Origin: the human T2T-CHM13v2.0 reference genome, Homo sapiens
DNA length: 64,000 bases
Assembly: GCF_009914755.1 (NCBI RefSeq)
Contig: NC_060942.1
Reading direction: 5' to 3' (one strand)
Part shown: positions 40,656-54,060 of the stretch, one piece after another
How the letters are laid out: every line of letters begins with the position of its first letter
Numbering within the stretch: the stretch's first letter is position 1
The notes under the pieces: generated by a model
Told to the model about the DNA's origin: nothing
Database searches by the model: none
Seen by the model: the letters and a program-made list of their open reading frames with translations, nothing else
Position numbers and translations under genes: made by a program

Positions 40656-42529
40656 GCGAATGCTTTACCACCCTGACAAATGGCTACTTTCCCAGGGAAT
40701 GTAACCATTTACACTGGTAAAAATGTTAGTCTGCCCATGAAGCAGGCGGGAAGGAGAGCTCAGTCACCAGGTACCCAGGGACTGGGGGCAGAGTCCCCAT
40801 ACAAAAATGTGTCCTTTTGTGGTGAAACTACTTCCCACCTGGAGCCAAAGTCTGGGCCAGTCTTAGCCATTTCTGAATGAAGAACAGGACATTAGGGAAG
40901 TGCAATCCAGAATCTGAGAAGAAGTAAAAAATTCTCAAACTAGAAAGCTGCTGAGTCAGGTCTATACAGATGCAGGGTCTTAAAAATTGTAAGGAAAGAA
41001 AAGAAAAAAGCTTTTAGTTAAACAATGGCTTATAATGACTTCTGCAAATAGGTGACTCTCAGGGAGGTGGTGGAATCTGGTGCATCAGAATCTGTCACAA
41101 GAAATTCCAGCAAAGCAACGGGGGTAGAACACAGGATGATTTAGCTTTCTGTAATGTAAGCAGAAATATTACTTTATCAAATAATTCACTTTTACAACCT
41201 TTCTCTCCATCCCTACCCCCCTCTCAAAGCAGTTTAGAAAAACACCCAAGGATTCCAGGTATAGACAGAGGCAAGGACACAACTACTTTCCAATGGCAGG
41301 CAAGGACAATAACTAGGATGTTGCCCTCTGCTTTGTCATTGTACCACCCAGCTGATGAGCAAGATTTCTGAGTTCTTGGAAATTATCCAGATTAGGAGAT
41401 GATTTGCAAAATGGGCACAAGCACATGTAACATCAGAGCTACATGAGAAATCAGAAGCATTTTCCCTGCCTTCAGGAAGCTTTCAATAAATACTCTGCAA
41501 AAGCCAAGACAAGAAGCCTGACATGAACAAAACCTCATCAGGTGAGCTCTGAGTCCACCACCTACTCATACTTCATCAAGGCACAGGTTCCCAAGGGCTA
41601 AAGACAGTCAGAGACATAGGAGGGCTTTTTTTGTTTAAGTGGTTTATATTTAGTTGTAAGCTAGTACTAGGACAGAGAAACCTTGAGATTACAAAGATGG
41701 ATAATAAATCCACCGAAGGAAGCATATGCAAACGTGAGCCTTTGAATGAGGTCCTTGAATCTCCTTGCCACATTTCACAGCCTAATCGTTACACAAGATC
41801 TGTTAGCCTTCAACTCCTTCACTCTGTTCCTGTCCACTCATCACCCCAACAACACATATTACTTGGCCCACATCACACAGAGTGAATATAATACAAGAAG
41901 AATTCTTATGCTGAACCACGAGCCACAATGGTGGTTGTCAGCAAGTCACATGGCTCTCATAGAAGTTGAAATATACAAGTATCCATCTATAGAATTATAA
42001 AGCATAGGTGGACGCCTACCTCTGGGATGTCTTATCACCTGAATTTAGTGATCTGATATTTCTTGGTGCTGTTTGTTACATTTTTACAACAGTGCTTTAC
42101 GTGGCTCCAAAAGCAATTTCCTAAAATGCCCTAAGAAGAGATATTGGTCAATGAATAAAAATCATTCCAGTTTGGCACTGGACTAAAATAAACGGTTTTA
42201 GTACTTGGTATCAAGTGTATAATCTCTTCCTAAATTCTTATTGTTTAAGGCTAAAATGGAAATTATGCCATTTCCCAAAGCATATTGAGCTAAACTAGGC
42301 AGAAAGCCAGATGTGAACTGCACAGGGCGGGAACCAGCCTGGGAGTTAAGATTTGCTGCAATTACTTCCCCATGCCTGACCCCCTTAACCAAATGTATTT
42401 CCTCCTGCTTCCTACACACACCTACAGATTTCTTCACTGAGCTTGGCCCCCATCATGTTGGTCCCGCTACCATTCCTTTGTACAGGCGGTTCCCCACCTG
42501 AATACCCTCTAGGAACTTCAGGGCCAATT

Positions 42530-42740
42530 TAGGTGCAATAGAGAGAATTTGGGCTCTGGAATCAGAGCTCTTCCACTTCCAGATAGCCGTATCACCTCAA
42601 GTAAGTTAACCTAAACATTCCAAGCCTCAGTTCATCATCTGCTCATTTGGAATAATAACATTAAATTGAAAGTTGCTATGAGAATGAGCGGCTATGTCAC
42701 ACATACAAAGTGCCTGTTGTGGTTGCTCAGCAATGTCATT
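42530..42740 (+). mobile_element. MIR
   Basis: GGGCTCTGGAATCAGA...AAGCCTCAGTTCATCATCTG. Confidence 0.65.
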
Positions 42741-44089
42741 TCTCATCCTCCTACCAGCTCCCTTCGCCAAGTTCATCACAGGTCTCACAACTTGCCAACT
42801 CTAAGCACACAGATTCTAGGACTCTCTTCTTTAAAATCTTACAAGCTACACTATGTCATTTAGCTCTTCAGCATAAGCTTATATATGTCTTGCATATATT
42901 TTCACAAACAAATTTTTGCATCTTTGAAGGCAAGACCACGTCTTGGGCTTCTCCTGATCCCCTGCAGAACCTCACCCGGGACCAAAGACTCCATCAGAAT
43001 CCTAATGCACCTTGTATTCCCTGTGGGATCACAGCTTCCCTACCTGCACACACACAAAAGCAGCAAAGCTTCTGCGTGACCAGGTATTTCCAGGGCCAAT
43101 CCACAACTATTCAGCAACTTCAGCTTGTCACCTTCAAGCCTGCTGATGGAGGTCTACACTCTGACCCTGCAGTCTGTTTCCAAAAGCATCCTGAGCCCCT
43201 GAAAGGGCAGGCTGCCGGGATTAGGGACAGCATTCATTGGAAGCAGATCTCCCTCAACTCAGAAGGGGAACATCAAGCTGTGTACACACAGGGACAAGTC
43301 CTGGGATCTGCAGGTCAGGCAGGCAAAGCCTTCTTCCACACAGCAAGGATGACAGCCCCCTCTGTCCACAGGGCTGCTCGGCCACTGCTGCCTGTTTGCT
43401 GCGAAGGGATTGGCCTGAGAGAAAGAGTTTTGCTTACCAGACTCTGAAGCCAGAGGAATTTCAAGGGCCCTCAAGGTGAGCTGCCCTTTGGAGGACCCTG
43501 CATATGGGCAGTGACCTTGAGGTAGCCAAGTGAGACCAAGGACATGGTGCCACAAGCTGGGGTCAGGAAAGCCTAAGCTCCCACAGAGTTGATCAGCCCA
43601 GAGCCCCCTCCCTGATACCCTGCACCTCACCCCAAGTCAAAGGGCCCAATACGACCTCTGTGGCTTCTCTTTGCCTTGATCAAGGCTATGCCCGATGCTG
43701 CCTTAACCTCCTTTCCCCAGCATGAAGCTGCGTCTGTTCTCTTCTCCCATCAAAGTCACTGGCTTATCTCAGACCCCACCGCTTCCCCACCCCCACAACG
43801 TGAGCACCATCCCTCATGCCCTTTTCTTTGTTCCCCCACCCCCACCTTTGCCTGGCCTAGCATCCAGCACATAGTGGGAGCTCAGGAAACACTGATTTCA
43901 TAAATCAGTGTTGAGTACATGATTCGTTTTCTAAGAAGTTCAACCAAAAATTATTTATTCTACCTTAATCCTTAAACAATTAAGCAATTTTATCCTTTGA
44001 AGTGTCTTGTGAACAATAACTTGGCAAAATTATTCTTAGATTGCTATAAATCTTCTTGTATTCAGAAAAATCAAGGATCCCTTTCATAC

Positions 44090-44485
44090 AAAAATCACTG
44101 GGTATTGTATCAGCAAAAGACTGGAAACAACTGAAATATCCATGTAGGCGGGCTGGTTAGATAAGTCAAGGTATAATTGTCAGACAGTCAGATATCTCCA
44201 AGACGTTAAGTGCAAAGTGAGATTCAATGCGTGAGATAAGCTCCCATTTGAGTAAAGAATTTTTTAAAAATACCATGCGCATGGATGCACACATACACAC
44301 ATATGTTTTGTATTGCACAAAATGTCTTTAAACTGAAGAAACCATTAATAGTGGCTGCCTCAGGGTAAGGAAACTAACAGCAGTGAGAGAAAGATGTTTC
44401 ACTTTAAAACCCCTTTTGTACCTTTTGAATTTTAAACCATGGAGGTGTTGACCTATTCGGAAAAATTAAATTAAAAATTCAAAGC
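44090..44485 (+). mobile_element. L1ME 3' fragment
   Basis: AGCAAAAGACTGGAAACAAC...CTTTTGTACCTTTTGAATTTTAAACCATG. Confidence 0.65.
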
Positions 44486-45732
44486 AAACAATGTTTGGAA
44501 AAGTAATAAAAAATCTGCTTTAGGAAAACATAAAAGAGAAATCCTCATTTAAAAACAGTTCAAGGCAGCCTGTTGCGTCACCTGTTAGCTGCAGGAGAAA
44601 AATTGAGGAGGCACCGTGGCTGCAGAAGGACTGGCCGGTGGGGTGGCGGGTGGCAGCTGGCTCTGGCCCTGGGCTCCTCAACTGCCTTCTGGAGGGACCT
44701 GAGAGCAGGACAGCCTTCCTGGGCCTCGTCTGAAGCAGTTCTTAGAGCAGGCAAGCCCCTTTCCTGTCTGGGAGTTGGGGTCGTCAGGTAGACACAAGCC
44801 AGTTACTTAGTGACAATCTCATTTTAAAAAGAGGAGACACTCCATAAAAGGAAAGAAAGCTTCCTTCCCTCCAGAAGTTGCTGGTGGGGAGATTAAAACC
44901 CCAAATCCCCACTCACCAGAGTGCAATGACAACAGTGCCGCTGACTTCAGGAGCTTAAAATACATTTGGGGACACACCCTTTCCCCCAAACACACCTGAT
45001 GCTTTTTCCTCCCTCTTCCCACATCCTCTCTTGACAGGCCAAGTGCCCATTTATGACAGAGCTGAAAAATGTCCTTTTTTGTTCTAATATTTCCTGTGCG
45101 GCCCCTCCCCTCTTTTATGGCTGCCATTCAAAGCCATCTGGGATGACCCACCAACCAGAGGAAGCTTCAGAATTGAAACAATCAAAACATGTCACCTTTC
45201 AAAAGTAACAATTAATGCCCCTGCCCCATCTCCAAAACGCACTGTTTTAAAAACTCATGGTGATGGCTGAACACTGTCAGTTCTCAGAGACCTACTGTAT
45301 AAATGGTCCAGACAGAACTTTGTAAGGACATCCTTTCAAACACAGGGCCAGTGGTCCTCTCTGTTCCCCACACTTTCTCTCCAAGCTCTACCGCCACCCT
45401 CCTCAAACTTGGGAAGGGACTAAATTTGCTTTCTGTGTCTTTCTTTCAGGAGTTAAAGAACACCAGAGCTGAAATGGCTCTTAAAGATAGCCTCATGCTA
45501 CAAATGGGGAAACAGGCCCATAAAAGAGGAATGGTTCCCTGGGGAATAAACTATATGCCTATCAGTGGGCCAGGACAAAAGTCCTGTCTCAGGCCCCTCT
45601 GCTGCTTCCCTAGTTTGCTTGCTTTTGATGTGTCCCCACCTAGAGGCCCTGCTGCTTCCCCTTCCAATGCAGAGTCCCCCTGTAGCCACAGCCTCCCCTA
45701 GGGTGGCCCCCGCAACCTGTGTCCTGGGTTCA

Positions 45733-45956
45733 CTGCATTGTCTGGTAGGCAGCCACTAGTCCTGTGGGGCTACTGAGCACTTGAAGTATGACCAGTGTTA
45801 CATATTGAAATGATAATATCTTGGATATACTGGGTTAAATAAAATATATGATTGAAGTTAATTTTACCTACTTCTTTTTACTTTTTAAAAAGGTGGCTGC
45901 TAGGAAACTTAAAGTTACATGGATGACTCTTGCTATATTTCTATTAGGCTGCACTG
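45733..45956 (-). mobile_element. MER33 hAT element, internally deleted
   Basis: AGCCACTAG...TGAGCACTTGAA...TGGATATACTGGGTTAAATAAAATATAT...TATATTTCTATT. Confidence 0.75.
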
Positions 45957-46399
45957 CTCCAGGTCATATGCTACTTATCCAGTCAGCTCCCAGTCAGCAG
46001 AACTGACCTGGCCCGTGCCCCATCTTTGTGTGGCCAGACATTATCCACTACAAAGACCAAACCATGCCCAGGTGCTAATTGAGTAAGGAGTGTGCCCCCA
46101 GCAGTGACATCTGGATTCAGCTCCTGAAGCCACTGCATGATTTTAACAAGTGCATCTCTCCTTCCGTTCAAGGTAGGGAAGGAGGGAGGGATCCTAGCAC
46201 CCCTCAAGTGGTGCTAATTCTACCTGCATGTGAGCTCATGACACCCAAGAGTCTGAATTCCTGTAGGCTGGGATTTTATTCCCTGAGATAGGGTAGTCGC
46301 TTGGGGAGGAGAAGCAAGACAACAAAGCCTTAACTGTTTTTCATTTTTTGGCATCGATCCTGTCTTTTCTCATCTCTCCCTTCATGTTAGGAATAGAAA

Positions 46400-46650
46400 T
46401 TTACAAAACATAAATAACAGTGGCTCCCCTGTATGGCTCCCCTCACTCTTTGTCGAGAGCTATTTTAAGTGCCTGTATGTATTATCTTATCTCATTTTCT
46501 CAGCCACCCTATCAAATTGGTATTATCACCACTGCATAGGTGAGGAAACCGATACTCAGAGAGCTTATGTGATGTGCCCAAAGTGATGCAGGAAAGCCAC
46601 CAAGTTACAGGACTCAGGTCTCATCAACCCCAAAACCTATGCTCCTCATC
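46400..46650 (-). mobile_element. MIR
   Basis: TATTATCACC...GGTGAGGAAACCGATACTCAGAGAG...GCCCAAAGT. Confidence 0.65.
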
Positions 46651-48804
46651 ATTCCTTAACTTCTAGAGCCTCAGTTTCCCCATCTGCAGTATGGGGATGG
46701 TATCTGCCTGGAGGCAGGGAGGGGCCTCAGAATCCCCAAGGACACTTCCTCCCCTGGGACTAGGTTCTGGGCCCTGAGGAGGTTACAGTTTGAAGAGTCC
46801 CCATCTCTTGCCATTCCCTGGCTTAGGCAGCACCCCCGGTCCCAGTCTTGACTCTGTGAGGCTCCACCCATGCCACCCTCCCGCCTGGGTCCCTCCTGTT
46901 TCTGTCTCCAGGGAGTTAAGTGCTCCTAGCCCCCTAAATCAAGATTTCACCTAGGCCTCACCTCCTCCAAAAACCCATCAAAATTCTTAAGTCAGAGAAT
47001 CATTTCACAGTCAACCGTCCCATCCTGCCAATTCATGCCCTTCTTCCCAGGATGCAATGATGCTCTCACCCTTCAAGCCACCAAGGCCCCAGAACACACA
47101 CTTCAAAAGAAGCCTTGACCTCCATGAACTTAACAAGGGTCTCATCTCCCATAGGAAGAATTCTATATTTTATTCACTGGGCAAAATAGTTTCTGAGTCC
47201 TACTGTGTGCCGGACACTCCTCTAAGCCCTGGGAACAGAGCAATGCAGGAAACAAAGTCCTGGGCTCCTGCAGGAGTGAAGACGTCCCCCAAACAGTGAT
47301 GCCCTAAACACATGAATCCAGTGATGTGGGTTCATATTTCTTGAGTTCCTCCTGCTCTCTTATTTTTAGGTAAAAAAAAAAAAAAGGTTACTTAATGGGG
47401 ACTGATTCTTTCCTTGTCATGGTTAAATAAGGTATGGTATATTACTTTAAGGAATACTACACATCCATTACAAGTGTGTTTCTAAGGAACACGATGACTT
47501 AGTAATGTGATCAAATGCTCAGTAAGGGGATAACTTGCAACATCATATACACACACTGATGGAGACAGGTGAGCATGAGAGGCATGTTTCTAAGCACATT
47601 CACAATGTGTTGGAAGGGGGGAAAGACAACTGTTTTCCTTACGCAAAGTACAGAAGCAAAGCCTGCTAAAATCTTTGGTGAAGAGACTTGACATTTTCTT
47701 CTAAGTGTCAGTGATTCACAGTGGCAACATGAGTATCAGGCTCTCAAGAGAAAGGAACCTTTCTGTTTAGTAAAAGATGGCATGGATTTTAACAGTTTTG
47801 GAAAACAATGTTTTTCCCAATTATATTTTATGTGTGTGTTTATGTGTATATGTGCGCATGTTGCTGGTTCCAGAAAAAAAAGACTGGAAGGAAATATACC
47901 AAAATGTGGGTGTTGTAGGATGTTTTTGATTTTATTCTTTTCCATATTTTCCCAATTTTCTATTATGAGTCTTATTGCTTTAATAATCAGAAAATAAGCA
48001 GTAAACTGAATGCTAATAGTTTTTTAATTTCCTTATGAATCTGTTTTTACAGGCACCAGTTCAGTGGGGTTTGGAAATCAGTAGGGTGTGAACCACCAAT
48101 GAATTCCCTGCTCCTGCAGGGCTGAGTGTGCCCCTGGCCCCAAAGAGAAACCCTCCCTGAATCCATGCTGGCAGACAGCTGTCCACAGCTGTTCTGAGGA
48201 GGCTGCCAATGAATGAAGCGGGTGGAAAAACACAACATTCCTGACTCTCCAAGGATGGCAGTATGCTTGGAGCTCTTGCCCACCAAAGAAGTAAATAAAC
48301 AGAGACAGAGGTGGTAGCCAGTCAAGCTAGAGGAACTCCAGTCCTGGAGGTGAGTCAGCTGCCAGAGCTCCCAGACTCCCAACAGAACATCTGAAAGAAG
48401 ACTCCATCTACCTAAGCCAACCACCCTTGTCAAATCAGGGCTAACATCTCTCAACAATGGCCCTCCTGGGCTATACCTCTTGAATGTCACCTTCCCTCCC
48501 TGCCTACATCAGAGTATGTATGAACAAGCTTCATTTCTGCCTCTAGGCTGAAGAGATCAAGAAGGCAGGGCCTTGGGCTGACTCAACTTCACATACCCCA
48601 ACAGCACTAACTGGCTTATTCACAGCAGAACAGTGCCTAGCACACAGCAGTGTCTGAGTACATAGTCGGTAAATGAATACGCCCAGGTATAGCCCAGGAG
48701 GAGACAACAGATTGCAAAACAGACAAGGTGCCTGTTCTCAGGGAGCTTACACTCTAGTGGGGAAAGACAGACAATAAACAAAAGGAGAATCAAGATTATA
48801 TCCA

Positions 48805-48950
48805 ATAAAAGACTGCACATTGGGTACAGTGTACGCTGCTCAGGTGATGGGTGCACCAAAATCTCAGTAAGCACCACTAAAGAACTTACTCATGTAACCA
48901 AATACCACCTGTTCCCCAAAAACCTATGAAATAAAAAAATTAAAATAAAA
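48805..48950 (+). mobile_element. L1PB-like 3' end (5'-truncated)
   Basis: CATTGGGTACAGTGTAC...GGTGATGGGTGCACCAAAATCTCAG...GTTCCCCAAAAACCT plus A tail. Confidence 0.85.
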
Positions 48951-49076
48951 AGGGCCCCTGAAGCATCCAAAAGAGAGATAATAAACAGGCCTATTTGGTA
49001 TGTTAAATTATACGGGAAGCATTGCCAAACAAAAAATAATGTGAAGCCTCTAAAAAAGAAAAGAAAAAAAAAGATT

Positions 49077-49372
49077 GGCGAGGCATGGTAGCTGACGCCT
49101 ATAATCCCAGCATTTTGGGAGGCTGAGGCAGGCGGATCACCTGAGGTCAGGAATTCGAGACCAGCCTGGCCAACATGGTAAAACCCTGTCTCTACTAAAA
49201 ATACAAAAATTAACCAGCCATGGCGGGGCCGCCTATAATCCCAGCTATTCAGGAAGCTGAGGCAGGAGAATTGCTTGAACCCAGGAGGCGGTAGTTGCAG
49301 TGAGCCGAGATCGTGCCGCTGCACATCAGCCTGGGTGACAAGAGTGAGAGACTCCATCTCAAAAAAAAAAAA
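49077..49372 (+). mobile_element. AluS
   Basis: Full dimer with A tail. Confidence 0.95.
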
Positions 49373-50682
49373 GAATATAGTCCAGGTGATGTGTCAGTGA
49401 GAAGCCAGTTATGGGAAGATCTGAAGGAAGAACTTTCCAGACAAAGAGAACAGGCAAGCCAGAAACACATGAGCTCAATGTGTTTAAGAAACAAAAAGGA
49501 GGTGGAAGGGTGGGCACAGGGAGTGAAGGGGAGGTCAGAGACGCAGACAGGGACCAGATCCCGCATGCCCATGGTTGGTTACACAAGGGAGTGGCCTGGT
49601 CTGCCTTACTAAAGAAAACTCACTCTGCCTGCTCTGTGACACTGGATTGTGCCATAACAGCCTATAGAGGACGACTTCATCATTACCTGTTGTACTGATG
49701 AATGATGCTCCCAACATCCACTGGGGTTAGCGGTATGGAGGGGCCAATCAACTTGGCCCCAGGGTTCTCACAATGCCTGTGGGAACCCCATCTCTTTTTA
49801 TCTACTTCTATGACTTTGCCTTCCCAACATCCCCTTCACAGTGCCATGGAGTACGGCAAATAAGATGCATATCCAACTGCTGTCCTCCCATCCACCCATG
49901 CCCAGCCCGCAGCATTCATTCAGCAAATGTTTTTCATGCCCAGCCCTTGCTGATGCTGAGGACGTGAAGATGAGCAACATGCCAGCCCTGCCCTCAAAAG
50001 CTCCAGCATGTGAGGGCTGTGAAAAGCTGGCCAGGTGCCACCCACAGCCACAGCTGTCCAGCCCTGACCTCTCCATCCACAGCCTCCTACTGAAGTCTCC
50101 CCCTGGTAAAACCTGCTGTGAGCCCCTGAGACAGTTCTGATGGGCGGATCAATTCACACCAAAGGGTTAAACAGAAAGACAAGCTCAGTGCCTTGCCAGC
50201 TTCCTCCACCCCACCCCACCCCCATTCCTCCCTCCACCAACCCAGGGAAAAAATCTGTTCGGCCTCAGGGATGAAGTTGTAACTGATGGCATGGCAGGTA
50301 CTATTTACTCCAGACAAAGGAGGGAGGACTTTGGTGTTGGTTTGAGGAGTGGGTGGGTTAGGGGCCATCGGGGACCTATTTGGGGCAGAGTCAGGGGAGG
50401 AGGCAAAGAGCTTTGAATGCATGCCTTCAAACCTCCTCGACCAGCCCCACACAGAAATGACTCAGCTTGGAGTCAGAGGGAACCACATCTAATTTGCCAC
50501 TTTCAAAATCTCCTGCATAAGAATCATTGTTGTCATTATTTAGAAAAGCCAACTACCCTCACGTTAATGAGTTCTTGAGTTCTGTCCTGTGAGATTTCTG
50601 GGGTGTACCTCACTTTGTGCAAATGGGAGAGTAGTATCTGACAAAAAGTACACACGGTGGCTCTAGAAAATCCTTGTAACCC

Positions 50683-50717
50683 ATCGTTTCTCAGCCTTTT
50701 GGATAAGATAAAAGTGT
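50683..50717 (+). pseudogene. 3'-truncated U2 snRNA retropseudogene (about U2 nt 1-34) with target-site duplication
   Basis: ATCGTTTCTCAGCCTTTTGGATAAGATAAAAGTGT vs U2 ATCGCTTCTCGGCCTTTTGGCTAAGATCAAGTGT; GAAAATCCTTGT at 50666 and 50719. Confidence 0.88.
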
Positions 50718-50768
50718 GGAAAATCCTTGTGTCCTAAATTCCCCTAGGGCAGCTGGCACTCCAAGAAG

Positions 50769-51083
50769 CCCTGCAGGATGCTGCACACAGGCTGGGGTTC
50801 ACTCCGGTACCCTCCCTGCAGGATGCTGCACACAGGCCGGGGTTCACTCCGGTACCCTCCCTGCAGGATGCTGCACACAGGCCGGGGTTCACTCCTGTAC
50901 CCTCCCTGTAGGATGCTGCACACAGGCTGGGGTTCACTCCGGTACCCTCCCTGCAGGATGCTGCACACAGGCCGGGGTTCACTCCTGTACCCTCCCTGTA
51001 GGATGCTGCACACAGGCCGGGGTTCACTCCGGTACCCTCCCTGTAGGATGCCGCACACAGGCTGGGGTTCACTCCAGTACCCT
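50769..51083. repeat. 45-bp minisatellite, 7 copies
   Basis: Unit CCCTGYAGGATGCTGCACACAGGCYGGGGTTCACTCCKGTACCCT. Confidence 0.97.
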
Positions 51084-53793
51084 CTGTGTGGTTCGTTGAT
51101 AGGTTTTCTTCCAGTGGAACACAGTCATCCTGGGGAGAAGTCACTGCTATAGATGGTTCCAGACCCTTGAGTCTCTTCTTCCCAGGAGGGGAGGATGGGT
51201 TATAAATAGCCTGGACTCCTTCAGCCCTACACAGGCACAGATCCCACACCCCCGCCCCAGCCTCAGCCAGCTGGTCCTTCCGCGCCCAAGTTCCCACAGC
51301 CTGCTATGAGAGGGAGGACAACTGCCCACCCTCGGTGGGGGCAGGGAACAAAAATGCCCTGGTGACAGCCTCCAGTGAACTGTAACTACAACCCCACCAC
51401 TCCTTCATACCCCCTTCACACCGCCCCTGCTGGAGAGGGGTGAGAGGCCGGTAATATTACTAGGGGGTCTCTTATACCCTGGTCAGCCCAGGAAGCCCAA
51501 GTTGCGTGCTGAGAATGTTAATTCAGTGGGAAAAGTTATAGGAATAATACTCTCCCCGTCTCTCTGCCTCAGTTTCTCCCTCTGTAATATGAACAAATAG
51601 CTGAACTATCTATCTTGTGGGAATGCTGATGAGATTAGCATGCAAAAAAAGTGAAAGGCATCGTAACACTGTATTATTATCAGAATATCAGACATTGACT
51701 TCTTCTGTAGGACCCCTAAACACAGGAGATGTGGAGTAAGGGGGCACTGATTTCTATCTGTTCATGAAAGCAGAAGAATTATACCCGGCAACTCTGCACT
51801 AGCCTTGAATTCTTGATACTCTGTGTCCTTGAAAGCAATCAAACTTACAAAATATTCTCTCTTGCAAGTCATTTCTGACTAATACAGATTGACACACATT
51901 GCATCCAGCTTATTTTCATAAAATTCTGCTGGACTGTATATGACATTATAGACTGAAATCTAGCATCGCCCTAGAGTATTATGGTTTTGGAGGAAAAAGT
52001 TCACATAACAATCACTCTGGTTATCATTCAATTCCTTCCTGCTCATACACACTGGTACAAAATAAGTGGCTAAAATCAAAGTGGCCAACTCGTAGTTCTT
52101 TTTTAATTTAGACACTTTGTTTGCTCAATAAAATACAGAGTAAAAAACATTTACTGAAAACCCACTCATTGATGTTTAATGGCTGTGTCAAATACTCATA
52201 ACAACATTTATTCCAACACCCCCAGATAATTGCTCATCTTTCTCATTTGGTATCCACAACAGCACAGCATTTGTGTCCAAGTGTAATTGATCCAAAATTG
52301 GGCTCCCTTTCAAAAATATCTGTAAAATCTAATTACCAGGAAAACAGAGTTCTGGCATCCTATGGAAAGTGGGTGCTTCAGTGAAAAAAAGCTGCAAATT
52401 CTTCTTGGCTAATCAAGCTGCATTGTGTTACAAAAGGAGTTTGAGGAATTTGGGATAATGAGGGAGCAGGAAAAGTTGGGATAGTGTCAGACTGGACTTT
52501 GCAGTGACAGTCCTGGTTTTTTTAAGCCAAGGGCACGGGACGGGAAATATACCACATTCGCTGGCAAGCATGGATTTAGAAAGTACCAGATAAAGAGGCC
52601 ATGATGGGCTTGGGGTGTGGGGGTGGCATTTCTGATCTCAAGCCCTACCAGGCCTTGCCCAGGGAAGTCTCTCCACCCTTGCCTGGAAGGCTGATGTCAT
52701 TTCTAGTCTCACTGGGCCTCTAGCCACTGTAGCAGGTCACTTTCCTTCCTTGGGCCTGAGTTTGCTCATCTGTAAAATGAGTGCTCCTAATATCTCTAAG
52801 GTCTCTTTCAACTTCAAAATCCTATGACCTTCTATAAAGCAAAGGGCATGCTTTTTGCTCATGTACTTGTGGGGGCAGGGAGCGGGAGCCACCGGACCAA
52901 GGAGAATGAAGGACTGAGAGTTTCCACCTCTCACGCAGTTTTGTACCTAGTTTCAACACCCGGGTATCTGGCCCGCTCTGGGAATAATGATTTCTTTCAG
53001 CCCAGGACGACCTACCGAGGTGTTTCTACCTCGCTGCCCTGGATTCCTCAACCCCGCCAATGAAGAACAGGGCCAAGCCACCGGACTTCTCGGAGCCTCT
53101 CTCCCAGGTCTGGGCACAGTATATCTTCTTTTAAGGGGTCTTCCCTTCCCACTCCCACTCCTCTTTCTGTCCTAGAAGCACCAGAAACTCCGGCTCTAGC
53201 CTTGCGCATGGTCCAGCGAGACTTCCCATACAGGCAGCGCACGCCACCCACCCCCAGCTCCCCTCGGCCTTGCGCCCGCGCCGCGGAAGGTTGGGTACCA
53301 GCCTCCACAGCTTTGCAGATTGCAAAGATAACGGGAGCTGCCGCTTCGCTTTTCTTTGGCTCCTCCTGGCCTTCATCCTAGTAAAACCAGACAAGCAACC
53401 GGAAAAACAAAGCAGCACAGCGGCCAGAGACAATTCGCTTTCAACGGAGCAAGAGACGTACACACCTTGAGAGAAGACGCACGCAGTTCCCGTGCGTGTC
53501 GCTGGGAACAGACCTCGCACTACCCCGCGCGGCGACAGGCACCGGGCCAGGCTCGGCTTCACTTGTCCGAGGCTTGGAGGAACTGTGTGCGTGCGCCCAT
53601 TTCCCCCAGCTTCCCGACTTGACAGCAGCAAGGATCTTTGAGTCCTGCATGAGCGACACCTCGGGCAAGGACTGTACTCTGCTCAGATCTCATCGAGAGG
53701 TGCTGGATCCCAGCCTTTCCAGCTCATTTTCCAATTTTCAAGAAAAGACAGCGCGAAGTGAGACTGCAAAAGTCCCAGGAAAACGTCACTCAC

Positions 53794-54060
53794 CAAAACG
53801 CTCCCGCGCCTTCCAGGCAGAAGTGCGGTAAAACTTTTGGCAGAAACCACCTGTGGCTGCCGACGGGCCCGCCCCGCTCGGGCCCGCAGGCGCCGCCGAG
53901 CCCCGGGCCGCACGCGCCCGCAGAAGTTCCTTTCCAGCCCCGCGCGCCACTTCGCTCCGGGCCGCGGTGCCAGCCAGGAGGCGCGGCGCCCGCTCGCTGG
54001 CTCGCTCTCCGCTGGCTCTCCCCTCCCTCCTTCCCTCCCTCCCTCCTCCCGCCTCCTCCG
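53794..54060 (-). other. Probable non-coding first exon (5' UTR) of a minus-strand gene with a first intron extending towards position 1
   Basis: Minus strand reads GCGTTTTG|GTGAGT, a strong U1 donor inside the island. Most long downstream L1 pieces are on +, fitting the antisense bias of intronic L1. TSS position is a guess. Gene not identified; RAI2 is one unverified candidate from memory of its architecture. Confidence 0.65.

Noticed and set aside
42710-43447. 245-aa ORF
   Set aside because: Non-ATG start at the end of a MIR and no recognisable motif; likely chance.
43441-43475. 35-nt plus-strand microexon (CCAG|...AAG|GTGAGC)
   Set aside because: Short pyrimidine tract, opposite strand to the inferred gene, no partner exons.
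50716-51297. ORFs encoding 15-aa repeats; CRISPR-like array
   Set aside because: Artefact of a 45-bp tandem unit. Units abut with no unique spacers and there are no cas genes.
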